Sequence record: DRR378314_946 | Reading direction: 5' to 3' (one strand) | Length of the DNA stretch: 37,923 nucleotides | Notes under the pieces: model-generated | Told to the model about the DNA's origin: nothing | What the model saw: the letters and a program-made list of their open reading frames with translations, nothing else | Database searches by the model: none | Shown: positions 1-6,775 of the stretch, in pieces | Numbering within the stretch: the first letter of the stretch is position 1 | Layout: every line of letters begins with the position of its first letter | Made by a program: the position numbers and the translations under genes

Positions 1-28
1 GTAGGTTCAAATCCTACCCCCGCAACCA
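1..28 (+). tRNA. 3' end (T-arm, acceptor stem, CCA) of tRNA-Met, probably initiator; truncated by the window start
   Basis: GTAGG-TTCAAAT-CCTAC T-arm followed by CCCCGCAACCA, matching the 3' end of alphaproteobacterial tRNA-fMet. The anticodon is outside the window. Confidence 0.88.
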
Positions 29-1625
29 ACTTTACTTGCTCAAGCCCTTCCGGAGACAATCCCGAAGGGCTTTTGCTTGTCTGGCATAGGCTCAAAATAC
101 CCGCAATGTCGCCTTTCAGCTCAACTTTGAGCTCACCATCCTCTGGAACAAGGATAATGGCTTCTACTAGGGAGCGGAGCACTTCAGCAGCCGCTGCCTT
201 ATCGTCTTCGCTGTTTAATGCGTCTGTCAGCTTAGCAACTTTCTCCCGGTAGAGCTTGGCCATATTGGGATGGAGAAGGGGCTTCTCTTCTGGATATGCG
301 GCGAGCGTCTTTGTGAGCTCTGCCTTCTCGTCTTCCAGGCGGATCATCTCGTCTTTGACAGAGAGAGGTGGAACGCCCGCTTTAATGGCTTCGATAATCT
401 TCTTTATCTCAACTTCGACCTTAGCAAGTCGCTGCTCTTTGAGAGTCTTCTCTGCGGTCTCACTCATGCGAAGCTTGTTAAGCTCCTTGGTAAACTCTTC
501 ACAGAAGATCTCAAACAGCTCGGGGTCCATTAAATGATGACGCAACCCATCAAGGACGATGGACTCTAACGTGTCTTTGCGGATATTAAGCCGGTTATCG
601 CAAGTGCCTTTATTGCGAGCGGTAGAGCAGCCAAACAGGTTCTGGCTGATCTTGGAATAGCCCCCGCCGCAGGAGCCGCACTTCATCAGACCTGAGAACA
701 GATGTCTAGGGCGGCGATGATCCCAGAAGGCATCCGTGTCCTTGCGGGTCACGCTAGTTGCTTCCTGGCGGGCTTTGACCCTATCCCAAAGCTCTTGGGT
801 GATAATCCGTTGATCTGGCAACTCTTTAATGATCCATTGATCTTTTGGATTTAATCGCGAGACTCTTTTCTTTGTATCAGGGTCTTTCAAATAGCGTAGT
901 CGGTTCCAAACGAGACGCCCAATATAAAGCTCGTTATTGAGAATACCGGTGCCGCGTGTCTTATTGCCATTAATGGTGGAAGGGCCCCAGGTCTTGCCAT
1001 TGGGGCCTGGGATCTTCTCTTTATTGAGGGATTGCGTAATGGCCCGTGGGCTTTTGCCGCTGGCATAGTCTTCAAAGATACGATTTACGATAGACGCTTC
1101 CGCACCATTGATCTCGCGATCTCCCCGAAGAGGGTTGCCATTAGCATCTTGTTTGGTGACGACGTTGTAGCCATAGGCTTTGCCACCGCCACTTTTACCG
1201 GCTTCTACGCGACCACGAAGGCCGCGTCTCGTTTTATCGGCCAAGTCTTTTAAGTAAAGACTGTTCATGGTGCCTTTGAGGCCCACGTGAATTTCTGTGA
1301 TTTCGCCTTCTGAAATTGTGTTTATCTTCAATCCAACAAATGCCAGGCGTTTATATAGAAAAGCAGTATCTTCTTGATCGCGGCTTAAGCGATCCAATGC
1401 TTCTGCAATCACCAAATCCTGCTTACCTTGCTGGCAATCTCTCAGGAGAGTTTGAATGCCCGGACGTTGAAGGCTGTCACCGCTGATGGCGTAATCTGTA
1501 TATGAAGTGATTTCAACGTTGCTATCAAATCGTGCTGCATATTCCTTGCAGAGGCGGAGTTGATCTTCAATGGAAGCTTCGCGTTGATTGGCGCCGGAAT
1601 AACGGGCATAGAGGGCGATACGCAT
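1..1625 (-). CDS. Large serine recombinase (integrase); 3' end runs out of the window through the tRNA antisense
   Basis: Segments translated by hand: N-term MRIALYARYSGANQREASIEDQLRLC (catalytic Ser), AEALDRLSR, Zn-ribbon GLMKCGSCGG..FGCS..GTC, and C-term EQVKLVAGVGFEPT. Start, Zn-ribbon and C-term share one frame. Absence from the ORF track is consistent with no stop inside the window. Confidence 0.95.
   Translation of the reverse strand, partial: MRIALYARYSGANQREASIEDQLRLCKEYAARFDSNVEITSYTDYAISGDSLQRPGIQTLLRDCQQGKQDLVIAEALDRLSRDQEDTAFLYKRLAFVGLKINTISEGEITEIHVGLKGTMNSLYLKDLADKTRRGLRGRVEAGKSGGGKAYGYNVVTKQDANGNPLRGDREINGAEASIVNRIFEDYASGKSPRAITQSLNKEKIPGPNGKTWGPSTINGNKTRGTGILNNELYIGRLVWNRLRYLKDPDTKKRVSRLNPKDQWIIKELPDQRIITQELWDRVKARQEATSVTRKDTDAFWDHRRPRHLFSGLMKCGSCGGGYSKISQNLFGCSTARNKGTCDNRLNIRKDTLESIVLDGLRHHLMDPELFEIFCEEFTKELNKLRMSETAEKTLKEQRLAKVEVEIKKIIEAIKAGVPPLSVKDEMIRLEDEKAELTKTLAAYPEEKPLLHPNMAKLYREKVAKLTDALNSEDDKAAAAEVLRSLVEAIILVPEDGELKVELKGDIAGILSLCQTSKSPSGLSPEGLEQVKLVAGVGFEP
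17..29 (+). repeat. attL core (tRNA 3' end)
   Basis: CCCCCGCAACCAA, repeated at 22985, 23142 and 37895. Confidence 0.9.
42..74 (+). terminator. Intrinsic terminator for the tRNA, supplied by the island
   Basis: AAGCCCTTC...GAAGGGCTT stem followed by TT, 13 nt after CCA. It lies antisense within the integrase CDS. Confidence 0.7.
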
Positions 1626-1636
1626 GAGGGAGGCTT

Positions 1637-1819
1637 TCAGGTTTTTGTATTGGATTGCAGATCAGTAGACTCTGCATCCGCTTCCATGTCAATGGCCTCA
1701 CCTGTAAGGTGCGATTGGTAAGTGTCCCGAGCCACCTGCCGCGCAAGGAGACGCACGAGGCTTTTAATCGCCTCGCGGTTCTCCTTTATTGGTGCGGTTT
1801 GGTTAGGGGCTCGGGACAT
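1637..1819 (-). CDS. Small hypothetical protein directly upstream of the integrase (possible recombination accessory factor)
   Basis: 60 aa, co-oriented and tightly packed between T4CP and integrase; basic amphipathic helix AIKSLVRLLARQVARD. Confidence 0.55.
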   Translation of the reverse strand: MSRAPNQTAPIKENREAIKSLVRLLARQVARDTYQSHLTGEAIDMEADAESTDLQSNTKT

Positions 1820-1826
1820 GGCTGGA

Positions 1827-3620
1827 TTAGCTCTTCAGCCAGTCTGCAGGCTCTGTCGCTGGACGGCGGTTTGGCCAGATGGTGAGAGGCCAATCGAGTT
1901 GGTAAGCGTCACCATTGGCCAGTAACAAAGCTCTGATTTTCGTCTCACCCTCTATTGTTTTAGGGCCAAGGTATTTCTCTAGTTCGTTAGGTGTAAGGAC
2001 AGTGAGAGTAGCTGTTTTGATGCCTCGAGAAACGTTATGAGAACCAGACTTGCTTATTCCAAAGTTAAATTCAGGAGAAGTTTTACTTTCTTCGGTCCAA
2101 CTTACTTCTCTTTGTCCAATAATGTCTTTTGAGATGAAGTTGGCTGATGGGCCAGCATTCATCTTACATATGATTTTCGTTTCGGTGGAGTTAAGCCAAC
2201 TTTTCATGATTTCTACACTGTATATTGCCGCGAGTTGCTCAATATCTTGGGCACCCAAAACACAGCAAATACCTTTGGAGCGCCCAACTTCAAGAAACTG
2301 TTGGAAACCTTCTAGTTTTCCGAGTTGGGGAAACTCATCTAAGAAAAGCCATATCCGTTGACTACGAGATTCAGGTAGTAAGGAGCTCGCAGCATAACCG
2401 GCCATCATTTGAACGGCAGCACCGATCCATGCCTTTGAAAGAGCTTCGTATTGTGGATTTCTTTGCAGGATCAGCACTTGCTTCATTTCCCCTGTGTTTT
2501 TGATCCACTTGGATAATGAAAGGCGCTTACTTGACGGTTTTTGGCGGCAAGCTTTTGCTAGAGGCGATATAATTTGGCTAGTGTAGGTCCAAAAAGTGAC
2601 AAAGAAAGAAAATGAGGTCCTGTTCAGATCGCTAGTGCCTGGCTCAAAAGCAATATACTTGCTTGCCAGTGGATTGAGTTTTGATACAGCCAGATCTAGT
2701 TGGTTTAAGTCGCCAAAAATTCGATCTTCCAAATCCGCCCAATCCCAGTCCGTTTTAAGGTCCTCTTGTAGCCAGATGATTATACCAGTTAATAGGTTTT
2801 GTGCCCCGTCTGACCAGTAACGATCCTTCATTGTGGGAATTAGTTTTTTTGCAAACTCTTGAGCATCTTCTGGGCTCCTGCAATCTTTTGCAATGTCCCA
2901 TATCCATCCTCGTTTATCGAGTGGTGAAAGCAGAATGTAATCATCTGAAGGCAATGTTGCCGTAACGTCACCTTTCGTATCATGCAGAATTGCCCGATCA
3001 CCTCGTTTCAAAATTTGCGAAATTTGATATCTAAAAATCTGAGTTTTTCCGGCACCAGACGCCCCAATTATGAGGGAATGTTTGGTTTCCATGTCTTTGC
3101 TACCAGTTACTCTTGGAGCTAAATTTATTCCAGAACCACTGCGTTTGATATCGTGTTGGAAAGCTCTTCTTGTCTCTCGTATTGCTTGTTTTCCCTTGAA
3201 TAGCTGTCGACCATGTAAATGAGTGACTCTGATCTCATTCTCGAGGTATCTCCGACAATGCAGGAAAGCCGCTGTCATTGCGCATAAGGTGGCGATAGAG
3301 ATGGTTGCAAATCTAAAACCAATTTCATTCAACAAATCATACTCAAAAAAGGGAAAAAACACTCTTTCGACAACTTGATCAAAATTAAAGATGAGGTGAG
3401 GAAGCGCGTTTGAGGAAATCGTTTGTTCTAGGCTCTTAAAGAAGAGTGCAAGTAACCAGGACAGGTCTGTATCGAATTGTTGGTCTTGGTACCAGCCGGT
3501 AGGCGGGTAGCACACGAAAAACATCCATATCAGGAGCGTTAAACTAATTGTTCCAGCAGCCAAACACGTGAGAACCTGAGGCATGATGGCTTTTTGTGGA
3601 ATGTTTGGGTTTTTCCGCAT
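1827..3620 (-). CDS. Type IV coupling protein (TrwB/TraD family)
   Basis: Two N-terminal hydrophobic segments, Walker A GASGAGKT, HDTKGD, Walker B LFLDEFPQLG, GRSKG. Confidence 0.92.
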   Translation of the reverse strand: MRKNPNIPQKAIMPQVLTCLAAGTISLTLLIWMFFVCYPPTGWYQDQQFDTDLSWLLALFFKSLEQTISSNALPHLIFNFDQVVERVFFPFFEYDLLNEIGFRFATISIATLCAMTAAFLHCRRYLENEIRVTHLHGRQLFKGKQAIRETRRAFQHDIKRSGSGINLAPRVTGSKDMETKHSLIIGASGAGKTQIFRYQISQILKRGDRAILHDTKGDVTATLPSDDYILLSPLDKRGWIWDIAKDCRSPEDAQEFAKKLIPTMKDRYWSDGAQNLLTGIIIWLQEDLKTDWDWADLEDRIFGDLNQLDLAVSKLNPLASKYIAFEPGTSDLNRTSFSFFVTFWTYTSQIISPLAKACRQKPSSKRLSLSKWIKNTGEMKQVLILQRNPQYEALSKAWIGAAVQMMAGYAASSLLPESRSQRIWLFLDEFPQLGKLEGFQQFLEVGRSKGICCVLGAQDIEQLAAIYSVEIMKSWLNSTETKIICKMNAGPSANFISKDIIGQREVSWTEESKTSPEFNFGISKSGSHNVSRGIKTATLTVLTPNELEKYLGPKTIEGETKIRALLLANGDAYQLDWPLTIWPNRRPATEPADWLKS

Positions 3621-3622
3621 TT

Positions 3623-4237
3623 TTATTTCTCCTCGAGAGGTAAGCGATCGCGCCAGACAATGATTAGATCTCCTGGTTTGATTTTTGCGTGTTGTATTAG
3701 GTGCTGGTTATTGGCTCGTAGTTGAGTTATTGGCTGCTCTAATAGTTCTTCAGTTCTGTCCCAGGTAATGGGGTAATGTGAATGGTATCTGCAACCATCT
3801 GAAGTTGGTGCTAAGCGTTCACAGACGGGCCACAGACTCGCATTTAGGGGGAGAGGATCAATAAGAAGCGGTAAAAGCTTATGCCCCAAACTATTGGCTG
3901 CTAATGCCATGAGCAGCACAATGATAGATGCTATGACACCTATAAATTGACTTCTCACCGAAGCGGGAAAGCAGTACCAAAATCTAGATTTTTTTATTGA
4001 GCGTCTGCTTCTGCCAGGTGGCAGTGTTTCTTTGCTCGCCTCGTATGTTTTGGTTTTGGTCGGTGAGGGCGCAAAAATTTGACGCATTTCTCCAACTGAA
4101 AAGCGGGAGAACATCGTAGGGTCTTGTTGCATAAGCTCAATTTCTGACATTGAACTAAATCGTGCTAAGCGTTCAGATTGACCTTCACTGAGGTCAATCT
4201 GAGCTTGTTTTTCGAAATTGTACGTTGACTCAAACAT
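3623..4237 (-). CDS. Membrane-anchored hypothetical protein with C-terminal LysM-like motif
   Basis: Start moved to ATG 4237, right after the upstream stop at 4239. TM segment FIGVIASIIVLLMALAA; C-term TWDRTEELLEQPITQLRANNQHL..IKPGDLIIV follows LysM spacing. Confidence 0.6.
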   Translation of the reverse strand: MFESTYNFEKQAQIDLSEGQSERLARFSSMSEIELMQQDPTMFSRFSVGEMRQIFAPSPTKTKTYEASKETLPPGRSRRSIKKSRFWYCFPASVRSQFIGVIASIIVLLMALAANSLGHKLLPLLIDPLPLNASLWPVCERLAPTSDGCRYHSHYPITWDRTEELLEQPITQLRANNQHLIQHAKIKPGDLIIVWRDRLPLEEK

Positions 4238-4238
4238 C

Positions 4239-5054
4239 TTAGTATCGTGGTAAGCTGAGGAGAGAGGAAAGTTGTTGCTCCATTTCTGCAAAAAAGGCGA
4301 GGACATCACCGCGCGCCAGTTTTGCTTCTGGCCTCGAGACACCAAGCATCGATTGGATCTCCTCAATTGAGAGGGTGGCGACATCAAGGAACTTGCAATG
4401 ATTTTGCTCGAATCCGCGCCAAGATCCGGCCTGAATCAACGGCATAGTCATAGTCCGGATGTTAGCCGTAAGTGGCAGTAGTTCTTCTAGGTAAATTCTT
4501 CCTGCTCCAGAGACGTGGGACAGATCTATAAGGTCACCATCTCTCAGGTTTTTTAGCAAAACGATGTCAAAGCTTGGGAGTGTTTCTTCGAAAAACTGGA
4601 TGGTCCGTGCCGCTTGGCGGATGGATTCGGGTTCTGCGACACAGGGAACAAACACAAGACTGCGGAGTCCGAGCCGTGTGAGCTCTTCGTCGAGCTCAGT
4701 AAGAGCAGCGTAGGCGATAAAGTTGTTGAGCTGCGTCGCACCGATATCGAAGAGAAGCGCTTCTCTTGACACAGGAAGATTTTCAATTTCACTATAAAGT
4801 GGATCGAACACCTTCGTGATAATCGTCGGATCTTTCCGCGCATCTTTTAAGATCTGGATGTCGAGCGTAGTGATCGGGTGCCCGATCGTCCGCTCTAGGC
4901 GGTCCTGATCATCAAGTTGAAAAACTTTACAGCACATTTGTCGAAGTAAAAGAAACTCATATACAGTTTGCGCAGATAGAGTTTTTCCGACTCCGCCTTT
5001 CACAGTCGCGAAAACAATGAACTGGTAGATGTGTTGGAGATGAAATTTGTCCAT
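4239..5054 (-). CDS. ParA/MinD-type P-loop NTPase (StbB-like)
   Basis: Deviant Walker A VKGGVGKT, LLFDIGA Walker B, VFVPC strand; SD GAGGT upstream. Confidence 0.8.
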   Translation of the reverse strand: MDKFHLQHIYQFIVFATVKGGVGKTLSAQTVYEFLLLRQMCCKVFQLDDQDRLERTIGHPITTLDIQILKDARKDPTIITKVFDPLYSEIENLPVSREALLFDIGATQLNNFIAYAALTELDEELTRLGLRSLVFVPCVAEPESIRQAARTIQFFEETLPSFDIVLLKNLRDGDLIDLSHVSGAGRIYLEELLPLTANIRTMTMPLIQAGSWRGFEQNHCKFLDVATLSIEEIQSMLGVSRPEAKLARGDVLAFFAEMEQQLSSLLSLPRY

Positions 5055-5056
5055 AA

Positions 5057-5088
5057 AGGTACCTCAATTTGTTGAAACTGAGGTACCT
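5057..5088 (-). promoter_or_regulatory. Inverted repeat covering the SD of the ParA-like gene
   Basis: AGGTACCTCA (5057..5066) / TGAGGTACCT (5079..5088). Confidence 0.5.
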
Positions 5089-5118
5089 ATTTATGAGTGT
5101 TAGTTGGCGGATGATACA

Positions 5119-5144
5119 ATTAAGAATTAATTTTAATTCTTAAT
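5119..5144. repeat. Perfect 12-bp AT-rich inverted repeat
   Basis: ATTAAGAATTAA-TT-TTAATTCTTAAT. Confidence 0.6.
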
Positions 5145-6062
5145 CTACTGCATATTTGGGTACTTAATAGTTAAGGGGTTTTTTAACCTACGTTTACAAA
5201 CTTTGAAGCAGCCTAGTTTTTGTTTGTCGGTCATTCGAAGAATGTTGGTCACGTAACCGTCTATTGTACCTCTACTATAGGTAAAAAAATCATCAGCTTT
5301 TTTCTCTTTAGTTATTTTTGCCAAAGCAAGGCCAATAATTTTCCGTTTTGTTGATTGTTTAAAATTACATTTTTTTTGAAATATTAGATCTAAATTATGG
5401 TCTGCTAAAATATATGAAAAGTTCAATAATATGCGGCTTTCAAAATGAGGAGAAGGCGAGTTTTCTATTGGATCAAAATTAATGTTATCTAGGAGCCAGT
5501 TAGCAACTGATATCGATAGTTGCTTTTCCTCATTATCCGTGAGAGCAGTGGGTTGGCTTTGGGTGCTTTGCGTCACATTAGTTTCGCGGTACGAATAAAA
5601 GTTTTGATTTAGATAGTTCGATATAAAATGATTTGTTTGCGTGGAGGCACTCGAGCCTAAAAGTTTGAAAAACGCGTTTCTGCATAGATGTGCTGAATGA
5701 GCTCTTTCAAAGAGTAGATCAATAAGGGGCAATTTCGAGTCTTGGGTACGCTGCTGAATAACATTTGCTTTTTTTGAACGTTTATTCTCAATGAAATGTG
5801 GATCATCAGACTTTGGAATCAGGTCTGACACACTAATTACAGTAGTAATTTTTCCATTGTCCACTGCCATTTTTTTTCGCTCAAAATCAAAAGCGACTCC
5901 TTCATAATTGCTTTGATAATACTCCATGGGAGAAAAATTCTCTAACGCATTAATACGTCTTTTTATAAGTGGAAAACGATAGAATTTAAGGTAAGCGTAT
6001 GCTAGTGATAAGCTAAAAATTGTAAATACTAAAAAAGCCAAATACTCGTTTGAAAATAACAT
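5145..6062 (-). CDS. AT-rich hypothetical protein with N-terminal membrane anchor
   Basis: 305-aa ORF, SD GAGGA, hydrophobic N-term LAFLVFTIFSLSLAYAYL; no family recognised. Confidence 0.7.
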   Translation of the reverse strand: MLFSNEYLAFLVFTIFSLSLAYAYLKFYRFPLIKRRINALENFSPMEYYQSNYEGVAFDFERKKMAVDNGKITTVISVSDLIPKSDDPHFIENKRSKKANVIQQRTQDSKLPLIDLLFERAHSAHLCRNAFFKLLGSSASTQTNHFISNYLNQNFYSYRETNVTQSTQSQPTALTDNEEKQLSISVANWLLDNINFDPIENSPSPHFESRILLNFSYILADHNLDLIFQKKCNFKQSTKRKIIGLALAKITKEKKADDFFTYSRGTIDGYVTNILRMTDKQKLGCFKVCKRRLKNPLTIKYPNMQ

Positions 6063-6176
6063 TTTTTTCCTCTTTGCTTGTTAAGGGCGCCATAACGGAT
6101 TGTTATTTTTCTATATAAGTTTTTTGATTTTTTTCACAAATTTGAGGCGTATATTTTTTAAAACGATAGCTATTTT

Positions 6177-6587
6177 TTATTTTCTTGCTTTGAGAGCCTG
6201 ATCCATCATCTGCGTGATTTTGGTTCGTGAGGCGGTGTTTTCTTTTGTTTTATCTCTAACGGTTTTTTTGTCAGGCAATGGTCTCGATAGAGTTGTTTCA
6301 ATTGATGTTGATCGGATAGTTGCCTGAGCTTGAGGCTTCATTGTTTTTTTGATCCTAGAGATAGTGGCTCTAAGTTGGCTAGCTTGAAGAGTTTCGCCAG
6401 CATTTGTTGTGAAGCCGTATTTGCCCATTAGTGAAGATATCTGGAGCCAAGTTGCACCAAGATCACGTAGCTCTTCAATAAATGCTATATGTTTTCTTAG
6501 CACCCTTTCGATTGGTATTCGACCGATCGGGCCATTCAAGTCAGCAACCATCAATTTGACAGTTTTCTCAATTTCTTTTTTATGCAT
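6177..6587 (-). CDS. Small DNA-binding protein, StbA/TraK-like relaxosome or stability accessory
   Basis: Pattern IEELRDLGATWLQISSLM..GF..QLRATISRIK recalls StbA-type N-terminal domains; divergent from the relaxase across the oriT candidate. Confidence 0.55.
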   Translation of the reverse strand: MHKKEIEKTVKLMVADLNGPIGRIPIERVLRKHIAFIEELRDLGATWLQISSLMGKYGFTTNAGETLQASQLRATISRIKKTMKPQAQATIRSTSIETTLSRPLPDKKTVRDKTKENTASRTKITQMMDQALKARK

Positions 6588-6604
6588 GTCTCAGATATAG
6601 CTCT

Positions 6605-6675
6605 GAAACAAAATGAAACAACTGCTTCTTTTTGTTTCATTTTGTTTCTTTCACACCTGTGCACCCCTGGATGCA
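6605..6675 (-). other. Candidate oriT (MOBF type)
   Basis: Perfect 17-bp IR GAAACAAAATGAAACAA (6605..6621 / 6632..6648). The minus strand reads GCATC-CAGG-GGTGC-ACAGGTGT|G, similar to R388/F nic regions. Lies directly upstream of the relaxase. Confidence 0.6.
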
Positions 6676-6775
6676 GAAATTATCGCCATTAAAAATTAAC
6701 AGTTAATTCTTAATTCCCCAAAACCCAAAAATGTCCTGTAGATGAATAGACCTCTTTTCCAATTTGGAGGTCATC

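Noticed and set aside
256-1253. Short ORFs at 256..537, 270..533, 887..1075 and 1032..1253
   Set aside because: Antisense or off-frame shadows of the serine integrase.
4238-4387. Longer N-terminus for the 3623..4387 ORF
   Set aside because: Overlaps the ParA-like gene by about 150 bp; ATG 4237 directly after its stop is more plausible.
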